A stretch of DNA of 64,000 nt, from assembly GCA_035084275.1 (NCBI GenBank), contig CM068757.1:3410001-3474000 (forward strand), read 5' to 3'. Positions 1 to 12,444 of this stretch are shown here, piece after piece; positions within the stretch are counted from its first letter, which is position 1; each line of letters opens with the position of its first letter. Origin of the DNA: Hydrolagus colliei. Lineage: Eukaryota. The notes below the pieces were generated by a model. The model did no database searches. It worked only from the letters and a program-made list of their open reading frames with translations, and was not told where the DNA came from. A program made the position numbers and the translations under genes.

Positions 1-1794
1 CAACTTAGATGGGACTCCAGTTGTGTCAGAGAGGACATTGCGTTTTTATGAATTGCTGTCCTTGACACTAAAAAAAAAGGAAAATGATTAGAAAGTTCAG
101 TCATTCTACTTCTCGCCCCCACCCCCACACCACCCCCTCCGCACCCTCCCTCTCCCACATCCCACTCTTCCTAAAAGCACCAAATCAGGCTGAGATATGA
201 TCTTATGATAGATGTTAGCCTTCCAGTAGTTTGCCCTTATTGCTATTCTCCATGTACATCAATACACACACACACTTTCAGGGATCAACTATAACTTGCA
301 TTGTGTATTATGCAGTGAGCAGGAGGTGGGAACGACTTTTCTTAATTCTTTCCAAGGACACTCAGGTCCACTGTGGCACCTACTTCTGCTACCAGATGAG
401 ATCAGCGAACTTAAAACAAGTAAGGAATCAAATTTTGGACCTTTGTGGTTTGCGAGGCTCAGTTTCGCTCCTGGTGATGTTCTTCCAGAAGTTCAGCAAA
501 TCCTGTTGTCCCATAATAACCACATTATTCTGCTCCTTCAGCAGGAAGACATTAAATCCAATTTTAGCACTTGCATTAAAATCACTCTACTTGGCAGTTG
601 TTATAAACAGCAGGCAAAATCCATTCAGAAATTAGACAGTTCTTGCGGTAAGCAGTATCTAGCCCTCTGCTGTCCCCACAGAGTAGTGGATATGTGGACT
701 ACACTCCCCGTCAAAGCAGTTATATTGGTCATAGCTTAAACTAGCTCAGTGTATCAGATATGTATATATTTAGATATGAAGACAGAGTAGATAGGGAGAT
801 ATTATTTCCACTCGGTTGATGAGTCAGTCATCAGTTTAAGATAGTTAACAGCAAAAAGGGAGATGGAAAGGATTTGATTTTTATAGTTATATTGTGTTAA
901 AAATGTCGATCGTTCTGTAGCTCAGTATGAAGGCTTCCTAATTTCAAGTTGTCCCAACAACATTTCATTATAAAAATAACATTAGAAGTGTACTCTCCAT
1001 CCAAAATTAACTGCTCAGCTCAGGAAGAATTGACAAATACTTCCCATAAAAAAAGAAAACCTGATGAAAAAGTGTCTCTAAATATGGATGCATTGCACTG
1101 ACAACAGTGGAACACATCTCACAGTGTGTGTCAATCATTTGGGATGCATCCATGTAGCACTAACTAAAGCTCACTCTGTTTCAGATGAATTGCTTTATCT
1201 GAGACATTCAGGCTGTCCCAAACTAAATAATTCTGAAATTCTATTGTGAAAATAATAAATAAGTTGGAGCAGCGAGTCCTTTGACTTTATCCCACTCTTT
1301 TTGTTATTTTTAAAAAGCCTCCTTCAAATCAATAGGAATTTGTACTGTCAGTGAGCATATCAAAATGTGATAGGAATCAGAGGACAAAACGTTTGTCATT
1401 TACTGTTACATCATTGCCCCACCACTTCAATTAAAACTTTAACAAAGGTTTTAACACGTTTTATATTAAGATACATTGCCCCACATTTCTGAGTAGTTGG
1501 TGCTTTATTATCCATTCCAAACTCCAGAGACAGTGAACATTCGTACCATATGTCAAGCACAATAAATCAAAGGCCTTTAGCCGAGAAATTCAGTTCCTAG
1601 AAAAATAGCTTGCAAATCCAGGGTGTAAGGTGCCAAAAGCACAAAATGAAAAAATGAGAAAAAACAAAAAATAGGAGTACTAATATAAACGGACATATTT
1701 TCAAGGGAAGTTTACAAAGTTAACTTGCTGCTAAATCAAATCAATGCCCGGTAATTATTGCTCTATTCTACAATTGAAGTATGTTGAAGTTAAG

Positions 1795-1880
1795 TTATGT
1801 TCCTGTGAAGTCCTTTGGTGCGTCCTCCGGATGTGAAAGGTGCTCCACCAAATTTAACGATTAGGACTATTATTATTTAT
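1795..1880 (+). mobile_element. Degraded 3' tail of a Deu-SINE/L2-type retroposon (twin 29534..29619)
   Basis: tgtgaagtcctttggtgcgtcctccggatgtgaaaggtgct...tattattatt resembles the tail of the full-length SINE at 19613. Confidence 0.6.
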
Positions 1881-2219
1881 ATGAAAAAACCCAAGGCTGA
1901 TTTTTTTTTAAAAAAGTGTTTAGGTGCAAATATATTCTTCTGAGTGTTACTCAGTTCCCCCCAAAATATTTATTCTCCCCAAAGGCATTTATAAATTGAC
2001 TTTCTCTATTGAACACTTTTTACCATGTACAGTGCTAACCAACTAACAGACGTGAAGCATTCAGGTATTGTGTGTAGACCAACAGTTGTGCAACAACTTC
2101 AGTCCTGCAGGACACAAACAAGGTTTTCTTATTATAATATTAAATCATCGTATTCAATGGGCAGTTTCAGATTGGGAGTAAAAATGGTGTCTAAATTTCA
2201 CTCAATATCAGCAAGCTGT

Positions 2220-2312
2220 GGTACAGTATTATGAATCCAGTGAAGTGTTTCAAGACATTCACTCAACATGAAAGACGCTATATCAAATTCAGGGATTAAC
2301 AATTTTTATTAT
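2220..2312 (+). mobile_element. SINE 3' fragment (twin 29959..30051)
   Basis: gtgaagtgtttcaagacat...atgaaagacgctatatcaaattcagggatta matches the SINE tail. Confidence 0.7.
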
Positions 2313-2585
2313 AATGTATCCCTCCATCTGAATGATAGTGAGGTACATAATTATGTACTCCCACAGGTAAGTGTAATATGACTTGAAATACACATTTGGG
2401 ACAAATTTATCCGGAACAAATGAAAGAAACCAAGTTTACAGCATGCTGCCGTTTCAACATCGTTTTTTTTTTACATTTCAAAGGTAAACAACACTGGTAT
2501 GTTCTTCCTAAACAAAAATAAAATGAATGACTTACAATAAAAATACGTAATTGTTGCTCTACACTATTGTCATTGCGGTTTTTTT

Positions 2586-2650
2586 TAAGAGCTCCTAGAC
2601 GCCCACCCAGTGTGGAGGGCACAATATAAATGCAAGTTGTTGTAGTTGTT
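2586..2650 (+). mobile_element. L2-type 3' terminus with a (TTG)n tail (twin 30325..30389)
   Basis: gggcacaatataaatgcaagttgttgtagttgtt is the same terminus as the L2 ends at 56020..56048 and 57270..57301. Confidence 0.6.
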
Positions 2651-2769
2651 TGGTTACTGATAATGACTTCTGACATTGGGGATAGAGGGTGTGGTTTTGC
2701 CAATGGCTCTGTCTTCTCCTGCTGACATGTAATCTTGTGGCTAGTAACAGCCCTCAAGAAAGCCACCTC

Positions 2770-3065
2770 TCTGGTTGTGTGAACCAGACAGGGAGTGCCC
2801 CGGAAAGATATTCAACCAGGAAGGGCAATGCAGACAAACCCAATCTGGCCAACAGCTGAGATCCCCACATGTACACTTTCCAGCATCCGTCACTGGATAG
2901 CAATCCAGTTCAAGAGCGTTGAATTATGTTCTCCTCCCTAGCCCATGGGCACTGAGGTCAATTATAGCATCCCAGCTGCTGCTGGCCTTGCTGAGACTCG
3001 CACACACAAACACAGCCCAACACAGACTAATGTTGCACTGAATAGTACCTTGAACCCCCGAGACA
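2770..3065 (-). mobile_element. Old, diverged non-Deu SINE-like element (twin 30509..30804)
   Basis: cactttccagcatccgtcactggatagcaatccag...ctccctagcccatgggcactgaggtcaattatagc resembles, from memory, an abundant chondrichthyan SINE. Its reverse complement is similar to 17575..17628 in this window. Confidence 0.5.
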
Positions 3066-3501
3066 TCAAAAGAGTTGTCTAATTAGGTTTATTCTCAAAT
3101 TTCGAATACCAAATAATTACTCTTGACTTGTATTTGTAAGTGAAAACAGTTTAAAAAAAAAAAAAAATTGCATTGCAAGGTCAGTAATGCGATGGATCAA
3201 CTTGTAACTCAATGCAAGAGCTGCAGATTATCTAAAACCTGATAAGCAATCGGAAAATTACAGACACAAACCAATCATTAAGCAAACTCCACAAACATAA
3301 GGCAGTGGATTTCTTATTAAAGTGATGTATATTTAATGTTGTCCAGCAGCATGGACATCCCAGGGATAAAGGTACCATGCCATTCCCACACTTAGCTGAT
3401 ATGTGCTGTGTTTGCAAGTTTAGGAATGGAATTAATCATCTTCTCAACTTTAAATTTAGATTTCTACAAGAGCAACACTGTCAAGCCTAACCTATCCATA
3501 T

Positions 3502-3622
3502 TAATAATATTAATAATAATCCTCGCATTTGATAGAGCACCTTATCATGTTGTTCAGACAGGTCAAAGCGCTTCCCAGAATATATTGTAAAGTGGATTGA
3601 TTGTGTATTTTGTGGGCGAAAT
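3502..3622 (-). mobile_element. SINE 3' fragment (twin 31241..31361)
   Basis: (TAA)n-tcctcgcatttgatagagcacctt...caaagcgcttcccagaatatattgtaaagtgg...ttgtgggcgaaa is the reverse complement of the SINE 3' half. Confidence 0.9.
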
Positions 3623-5684
3623 TCCTCTTAGCATTTAAGTTATGTAAACTGATTTGAAAACACAGTCGCTCTTTGTGCGGTGAAGGAATAGGTGCACATA
3701 GCTCCTTTTGTTCATCTCAGTCAATATTTCTGTAGGAGATAACAAAATTAAAAACAAATGTTGACACACAATATGACTGACTGCTTTAGATGATGTGCTG
3801 ATGTACTGAGGCAGGCGAGATTATTTTTCTTCCCTTTTTGTGAAGACATATGAAAATGATACACACGTATATTCTAGCAGGCCTTGCCTATACAAATTTC
3901 ACCATCCTGTTTGTGGTCTCCAAAGCTGCAGGAAATTCACTTCACAAAGAGTTTAATAGACTCCAGCTGGCATTAGCTGTGTTTGGACTGTGAACTTGTT
4001 AAAGTTTGCACTGAGGGAGGTAACCCTCCGTGTTCAAAGAGCAACTGTGCATTTGCCTCATTTTATGTAACTGAAATGTTAAGAGCTTTAGGCCCAGAAG
4101 AAAATTGTCTGGTTATTTCTTCCATTAAAGCCACTACTGATTGATGTCAAAAGGGAAGATGAAGCCCTTAATTCTCGGACAACAGAATCATTTTAAAGTT
4201 ACTGGAAATTCAATTTTATGTTGCCTACCTCTTTGTTTCATTCCCTTTCGAATGTCTCTTGATACCAGAAACTTCTCCAGCAATGTAGTAAAGCCGTGAC
4301 TCCACACAAGGCAAACTCCTCAAAGAAAACAACAGCATATAAATGTATGATATCCACCCGCAGTTGGAAGGCAAATCCCACAGAGTTCAGGTACGGTCTT
4401 TTGAAATCAGCAGGTTCTATCAAATTTCCTTCACACATTTATCGCCTTGGGATTTGATGAGAAAAGAAACTGGCTGTTTAGCATTTAGAACTATTTGAAT
4501 TTTTTTTCTCCCCAGCTTATTGTTCTCTGTGTGGGTTTAAATCACATAACTTGGTGAGAAGACTGAATTGCCGACTGAACTTCTGCCATGCTGTGTGCCT
4601 ATATCCATTGAAACAGTCAATTTCATTTTACACCTGATTTAAAAAGCTGGCAATGCTTAAAGGAAAACCTGAGAGAAAATCAACTCTAATTACAGGTTTT
4701 AGAATGAGAAAGAGTGATAGATTTGTCATTTCTGTAGGCATTGGATTTGTTATTTGGATTCTCAGAAGACAGCTTATCATGCGAGGTACAGAGTAGCATA
4801 ACAGGATCCACTGTCTTACGTTAATTCTTACTTCTCCTACGTTGGTTGCCTTAACAGTGGATCCTGGTCAATTATATAATACACACTGTCGATCTATGTT
4901 TATACCAAGTCAGTGAATTAATTATGGCAAAGAAGGGAATGCAGAAAAACGATTAGTTTGTGGGCCAGAATCGGTTCTATAATTCTAACTAAATAGCTTA
5001 TCTGAAATAATATCTTATTTCAACTGGAATGGCGGCTTCGTTCTGCTCAAAGCCACTCGAGCAACAACTAACAATCAACATAGTTTGTTTTTCATTCTGA
5101 GAGTTAGACTTCTTGAGCATATCTGAGACATCCTCCTACATCCTAACCAGCGACATAAACTCCACAGTGTATGGACAGTGAAACAATTTATGGACTTTTT
5201 TTTAAATGTTAAATTTTATTAACTGTTCCTGTTCATTCACTGAATCTAGACCTTGGAATATACATATCTCACTCCAATCACAAACTGCTCCGCCAATGCC
5301 TATGTTTATAATTGGCTTTATATATTGCGGGCTTTACCATCCCGACCTATGTTCTAAATGCTGCTGACAACACTGCACTGAGAACTCCCTCTGCATCTCA
5401 TGCAGTTCTAAAAAAGGAAATATTGCCTTTTCCTCTCCATAATTAGATCTCTGTTTCAGTATCAAAATGTTCTTTGCTCTCTGAATCACCCTCATAGATA
5501 GTAGAGCACAGACAATGGTTAATTCACAATCCCTGTTTTCCTATTTCAGGATCTCCTTGGTGCAATGAACCCGGACGCCCAGGTTATGTGGAAAACACAG
5601 CAGCCAGCTCAAATGACTTGAGCACAGAATAAACAATAGTACACCATTCATATGGATGAAACGTGTACAGAACATTCACCTCAT

Positions 5685-6388
5685 TAAAGGTTGACATATT
5701 ATTGGAATCCAATTGCAGCTCGTTCTTTCTGACCCAAGCAAGAGATTATTTCCATCAAGGGCAAGGCAACAAACAAGCTTTCACCCAATGGCTCGCACAC
5801 TCCATGCTCTCTGGCACAGGTGAACCCTGCTTATAATAGAGGACTGTTACTGGGCAGTGTACATTTGTTTGAATAGTTATCATTTGGATTTGTGTCCCAC
5901 ACGTTTCCTTCACCTGGTCTCCACAAAAGAGCTTGAGTAAGAAGGCAGATCAAAGGCATAGCATTAGTAATAGTTTGGTCACAACACAGTATTTATTAAG
6001 CAAGGTATTCCCCTGGCTTCCACATTTTATGTTATGTGGAGGTGTCACTGTCAAAGATTCATCGCCGGATGGTTGGTGACATTTTTCTGAGAGGTTTAGT
6101 TCCTGGAACAGCCAGGAATAGACTTCATTGAAAACTTCTGTTATGTTGGCCACAGAGCGTAGCTCACTTTGCAGCCAATGGTTAGTTGCATTATTTTTGG
6201 CAAATTGTGTTTCAGTGGAGGGTGGGTTTTGGGGGGATGGATGAATATATAATATTCATTCTGTAGCATTTCAAAGAGTGGATAAGGTCATTGCTTGATG
6301 AAAATAATCTCTTGCAGTCATTTGCTTGAATTAAGCAGCTTGGGTAAGCATAGACTGCAATTGGATTCCAATAATATGTCAACCTTTA
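5685..6388. mobile_element. 704-bp element bounded by long inverted repeats; candidate non-autonomous DNA transposon or long-range fold-back (twin 33424..34127)
   Basis: taaaggttgacatattattggaatccaattgcag (5685..5718) is the exact reverse complement of 6355..6388. Pairing continues inward with acccaagc/gcttgggt and gcaagagattattt(c/t)catcaag. Both outer ends are TA. Confidence 0.6.
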
Positions 6389-7090
6389 CTGAAGCAATAG
6401 TTCAGAACACAGAGTAACCTATCTGGGACTCAAATGAATCAAGTTCGAAACAGGAAGAGGATTAGTGAACAAACCTACAGCATTATTTCTGAATGCCAGA
6501 GATCCTTATTCCTTGGATGTTCATAGAATAGATGTACTCTGTGTAATTGTAACATATTTGAAATTGGAATCAAACTTTGGGACCATGTCTGCTGGATCTG
6601 AAAGGAATGGCCTCAAAGGCACAAATGGTCTGTAGTCTTGTAGTATACTTTTTTAACTGGATAATTAATATGCCAGAGATTACAGGGTTTATTTGCAGTT
6701 AAAACATCTACTTAAAAAGATAAACTGTGTCTTTTTAGGCTCCTTAGTTAAATTGTGTTAGTTGTAAGAGTATCGTCTTTATCTTTGCTGTAAACAATTT
6801 GTTTTGTTCACCACTGCATTAATAACCAAATAGGGTTTACAAGACGACAGTAATACCAGGAATCAGACTTAATCCTTTCAGTCACAAGAGCTACATCCCA
6901 CTATCAGTTTATATTCCTTGATGGAATAAATCTTACTGTTACAAAACTGATCCGTTGCGCCATTTATAATACTGTACTTGGAAATTCATTCACCAGCCAT
7001 TTGAAATAACCAAACTAATTAAGGTTTTAAATATTCTGACTTTAAATTATATTTGAAATTTCAGATAATCCAAAGAATTCTTACATTTGA

Positions 7091-7360
7091 TATAATAATA
7101 AATAATAATAATCCTTGATATAGTGCCTTATCAGCTTGTTGAGTCATCTCAAAGTGCCTCACAGAGTAAATATTGGGGGGATTTGGGGAGGCCAAATTTG
7201 TAGGGCTATGACGAGAGAGCAGGGGAGTGGGATTAATTTGGACAGTTCTTTCAAAGAGGCGGCACAGACAAGATGGGCCGAATGGCCTCCTTCTGTGCTG
7301 TGTAATTCTATGATTCTATGATATTGTAAAGTGGATTGACTGTGCATTTTGTGAGGCAAA
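7091..7360 (-). mobile_element. SINE 3' fragment interrupted by a CR1 insertion (twin 34830..35099)
   Basis: The (TAA)n tail and ctcaaagtgcctcacaga lie at 7091..7175. The SINE resumes at 7321 with atattgtaaagtggattgactgtgcattttgtgaggcaaa. Confidence 0.9.
7176..7320 (+). mobile_element. 5'-truncated CR1 LINE 3' end with ATATTG target-site duplication (twin 34915..35059)
   Basis: gatgggccgaatggcctccttctgtgctgt followed by (ATTCTATG)x2, the diagnostic CR1 terminal octamer repeat. ATATTG flanks it at 7170..7175 and 7321..7326. Confidence 0.92.
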
Positions 7361-7471
7361 TAAATTGGAATAACTGATGTATGGATTGGAGTGTGCAAGT
7401 TTAACAATTGAAATGGAAAGTTTCGGGTGTATCTGCGGGGATTATGAATTTTCCTAGAATCTTGATCTGCT

Positions 7472-7550
7472 TAATCCTTGTGTTTGATAGAACACTTTTC
7501 AAGTTCAGGAGGACATCTCAAAGCACTTCATAGGATACAGTTTAAAGCAT
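7472..7550 (-). mobile_element. SINE 3' fragment (twin 35211..35289)
   Basis: taatccttgtgtttgatagaacacttttca...catctcaaagcacttca matches the reverse-complement SINE tail. Confidence 0.8.
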
Positions 7551-8589
7551 ACCAACTACACATTGTACACAAACACAAAATATATAATTTTTAAACTAAA
7601 TGTGATCGTTATGTTGATTTATCTGGGGGAAATGACTTTGAATTTGAAATTGTATCTTTGCTTCAGAAATCTAAACTAATCGAGATTTCATCAATTCATC
7701 TGGGCTTGGTTATACCTGATTATATATATATAGTATACTGTATATGAAATGACTCAAATTGGTCTTTTTATATGCACTGAAAAACAAAGAATTTTTCCAT
7801 TTGTCAATGTTCCTGTGATATAATAGCAATCTTAAGTCTTTGGCATTAGCTTTGAGTCTGATGAATTTTGACCAGTTTAGGTCACAGCAGAATGAATCTC
7901 TGAACACACTGCTTGCTCATTTTTATACTGAATCCATATCTGCAACATACCTATTTTTAATGCAGATAGATGTGAATTTCATAACAAATGAGAATTTTCT
8001 TCATACTTTTGATTTTTAAAATCGGAATTTGGTGTTTCCAATTTTTAGGATGCATTTTAAGAGACCAATTTGTATGCGTTTTAATGCATTTCATATGTAC
8101 CCTTCACACTTTCCAGACAGCGTTAGGGAGAGTGTTTTATTATGAGTTTTCAAGGAATAACAAAAACTCATACTGGAGCAGTGTATTAAATATTTGAAAT
8201 ACTGCACAAATTCTACCCTCTCTGCGTATTCATAACCATAACTCTCGCAAGAGGCAGTCAGCCTCCAACATCTATTGAAACCCATTACAATTTGTAAGGT
8301 GCCAGGCCTGTGATGAGCAATTATCAAGTGCAAGATGTTTTTTTGGACCATGCGATTTCAGAACCAGTGAAGTATTTTGTGATGTAGAGTTATTTTACCT
8401 TTAACCATCGCGGAATTTGGGTAAAAGACAGAATTGTATTGGATTAATAGCAATTCTTTGTTTTTGTGTTGTTGTCGTTGATAATTCCGGTTTATTTTCC
8501 CTAGTTTTCTGGCAGTTCCTCCCCATCTGCCCCCACATGCACCAGGACATTTTCTCAGTAAAGTATCGCGAACTTTGAGAACAATTCTG

Positions 8590-8728
8590 CCCTCTCCACC
8601 ACCCCCTCGCCCACCTCTCCAACTGTGCCTTTCATTCCCTTTCCTCATCTTCTTGCTGGCCTCCCCCCATCATCTCTGTGAAGGGCTTTGAGACGTGTAA
8701 TGTGTTATGTGTGTGTGTGTATATATGT
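8590..8728 (+). mobile_element. Probable L2-type 3' UTR remnant followed by a (TG)n(TA)n microsatellite (twin 36329..36467)
   Basis: C/T-rich tract then ctgtgaagggctttgagacgt, the same layout as the L2 end at 57160..57301. Confidence 0.5.
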
Positions 8729-10724
8729 ACAGTGCCACTCAGACAGGCCAGCAAGCCCAGAGTGCTTGAGTTACAAGCTGTTTGCCTGGTGTGTCACTTC
8801 ACAATCTGGCCAACCTTAAAGCTACCCAGCCTAAATCACTCTGTCCCAAAGGAAGATATTGGCAACTTAATAAAGGGTGGTCTTGGGAATCATCACCCAG
8901 CTTTAACAATGAGACCCAGAGCTCCCGAAACTCAGGAATACCCAATAAGAAAAACAAATATGCAGCAAATGTGATTCAAAAATGTAACGTGAAATGCCCC
9001 CGAGCACAAGCTGTAAGCCGTTCATCACAGTGATTGCTTGATGCAGTGCCAGCAAACTAGCCACGCCAAATAGAAAGAAATATCAGTTGAACTATGTGTG
9101 CAACCATTCTATCATTCCTATTTCATGACTGCTCCATTAACTGTACAAGAATCAGTATGAAAAGGCTCTATGTGAACAATTTCCTGTGTTAAACAAAATG
9201 TATGACAGACATAAAGTTGACGGTTAAATTACCTTTTCACTTCATCTCGAGTGCTTGAATGTTAATTTGATGACAGGGTGTTTACACTTGGTTCAGACAG
9301 GCAAGGAAGTGTTCAACTTTTTCTTCCATCCAGCCTGTTGCTATGTTTTTATTTATTTAAAATGTGATAGAAGCGATTGACGCCCTTTTGATGGCGAATC
9401 GCATAGTGCATGTTTATGGTGTTAATTGTTTTTCGCCCAAAGCTCCCATTAAATGAGCTATAAATGGAGCCACAAACCTAAGTGTAAAGAGTCCTACCAT
9501 TCCCGCATGTGAGATATCTCATCGGCAAAGTTCCGATGACACCTTGGTCGTGAAACACACTAGCTATTTTTCTCCACTTTGGTCCATGAATTGTTTATGA
9601 TCGAAATAACGAAGACATTTTGAGCAAAATGGTTTGGATGTTGGTGAAGTGAGCAAATGTCGGCAATAACAACAGCAAAATTACATTTGTACCGTGCCTT
9701 TCACATCAGGAGGACGTCACAAGAGAAATGCAGAGAGGAGCAGGAATAACAAGGAGACTCTCTCTGGTAGGAAAGCAGGAAAATGCAACAACCGAGTTGG
9801 TAAGTTGGTAAACAGTCAGCAACAGGAAGAATTTGAACCAAATTCAAAGGTTTCAGCAATGTCTCCAAGACATTGGAGATGTCTTGGAGACATCCGGGCT
9901 CAGATCTGTAGCCCGGTTATATATTGCATCACTGTGTCAACAAGGCATCATTTTCACGCCAAGTAAACAAAAAGCGGCACGTCCCTTGGACGCATTAAGG
10001 GATCAGACAGGAGGGCGTTAGGCAGGAACAATTATAACATCCGAACAGGTGGACTTAAGTACGGTATGGTGTTGCATCCAAATATTAAAAGTATTTCCAG
10101 TGGCATCACATGCAACTGGTCAACAACAAGTCCGACTAGTAATAAACCCCTACCTTCTGGTTTAAGTGTTTGTAATGAATCCCAAAGCAATCCGATATTA
10201 TCTAGAGGCAAGCAGTGGAAGCAATCCTGCCGTATTATGTGCCGGAACTCAACGACAAGAGTCAGTTTCTCTACGTCTTGACAGATACCAAGTAAATGTA
10301 ATGACATCGTTCGCAAGTATTCATCCCAGCTTTGAAGGGTTAATGTAACTTTACTACACGCGATCATTTTTCAGGAAAGCACTTTGCAAACACTTTATCT
10401 ACCTTGGGGCGTAGAGGTAGATACCCAAGGTTTTTTTTAAAAAAAATCCTGAATCCGAGAAATATTTCATCCAATGTTTGCCAACCCTATCCCTAGTGTA
10501 TGGTAAAGGCCTAGCTTTTTGAAGCTGACATTGATAAGCATGTTTTTCTTCTATTTAATAAAATCATTGCCACTGATCAAAAGAGACTGTAGTCTATTAG
10601 CGCATTGAATGCTGGCCAGTATTGCAAGCAAAAATCTCCTCCGATACACAAAACGTGCTTACAGTCTCTCAGAGATACTGCGAAGCTCTCTTTTACAGAA
10701 AAATGTTTCAATTCACTTGTGGGG

Positions 10725-10790
10725 AGACAGCTTCTGAGACTTGATTTGGGGGGACATTGTGCTATATCAAATGGAAGGATTATTATTATT
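10725..10790 (+). mobile_element. Short SINE tail (twin 38464..38529)
   Basis: gtgctatatcaaatggaaggattattattatt. Confidence 0.7.
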
Positions 10791-12407
10791 AAAAAGGTTT
10801 TGAGTGACTAACAGAACACACCTGCAGTTGAGACAATATATCAAACAATCCTAATCATAGAGATCATTAGTGTGTAGGTTTTAGAAAAGATACAACTTTA
10901 GTAATGGATGATGGGAGCTGTTACAGTTTATTTTACAGAGCTGGTGTAAATTTACTTGCCCAAATTCCAATTGCAGCTTGTTGGTATGAATGATCATTTA
11001 TGAAGGCCTGATTCTAGAATTGCAATATATAATAGAGCTCGGCCTATCATTTTGAGTGAGTTCTGATTGTGAGCACAGGGTGTCTATTTTCTGTGCTTCT
11101 CTAAGCCATATGGGTTAGTGCCATTATTTAAAATGATTGGATACTGTGGTTTCCAACACACTCTGTGCCAAACTCAAAACTTCCAGCTGTTTCACTGGAG
11201 AGCAATAACTTCCCACATCCAGGTATGTTTGGAGGCCCTCCCCCACCCAAACCAGTCACCATTTCAGTTATACTCGAATGGAAAAATATATTATTGATTT
11301 ATATTCCTTGGCTTAAAGCTCACCGTTTTATTAAAACTCGCAATTCCTAGTAGACGCGCCCCCAGACTAATTTTCATGCACAAAAGGGTTTTCAAAGTAG
11401 ACTATTCTAGGAAGTGAAGCCACTGGAAGTTCTACAGTGCTGTCTACCTTAGTTTGAAGTTTGGTAGGCAAGAGCTGGTTTGGACTTGGCTGTGATTCTC
11501 TCACTGAAATGCAATAATACGTCCGACAGAATGGGGGCAAATAAAAACAGTCAACTACATTCAGCAGTGAACACGTGAAGAAAAAAAATCCAATCATCAG
11601 CAGTGGATAAGTATTTAAATTCCTTCAAATTTGATTCAGCTATGTGATAATTCGAACTATGAGTCAGACAAAATCTTTCACGCTATAGAATTGAACACCT
11701 TTGTCGCACCTAAAGCACATTTTGTACAGCTCCAAACACTGGCATCTTGGAGAAGATTTACCACATAACATGGTAATGATTGAGAGAGTCTCGGTAATAG
11801 TTCAGCACCTAGATTTCTTTCTGTCCAAACGCCTTGCAAACGTATTGAAACCACGGACCAAAGCGTTGAACGTGATCCGAGACAGGGAATGTGTTTCATT
11901 AGTGCATCCAACGAGTACACCTCCTGAAATAGAGCATCGTGACACTTCCAAAATAACTTGCAAGGCAAATTCTATACCTTTTTGAAACGGTCATGTGAAC
12001 GGATAAACCAATGTCTAAAAGTCAAGACTGCACTGGTCTGTTACATCATAACAATGTAACTGGTACTATTTTAGTACAGTCTCTTCGATTGACTAATGGG
12101 CTTCAGGTCTTGTGATGTGACACTAATAAAACATATGTGCCACTGAAACTCCATACAAGAGACTAAAGTCTTGCCCTGAGACACAGCACAGATTTATAAT
12201 TGTAACCCTTCACCGACTGACACTGGATCTGTGACCGCAGGGCTTAAAACGCTTACAAAAATGATCAACAAACATCATATTGCTTACTTACTATACTTAG
12301 CTCAGTTGGGAAGCAAACTTTATTTTAACTTTATCTAATAGTTTTCAAAATATGCACTGACTAATCCTGTAATCCCAGCCTCATCACCCCAGATACAAAC
12401 TGTAGAC

Positions 12408-12444
12408 TTTATTATGATTATTTATTATTATTATTATTATTATT
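12408..12444. repeat. (TTA)n microsatellite (twin 40147..40183)
   Basis: ttattatgattatttattattattattattattatta. Confidence 0.85.

Noticed and set aside
231-739. Two overlapping plus-strand ORFs (134 and 147 aa) with a possible exon at 316..647
   Set aside because: Non-ATG starts, no recognisable domain and no compatible neighbouring exons. The second occurrence at 27970 is only the duplication, not independent support.
4229-4438. Exon-like segments on both strands
   Set aside because: Several alternative frames and boundaries fit equally well and no homology is recognisable, which is consistent with pseudo-exons.
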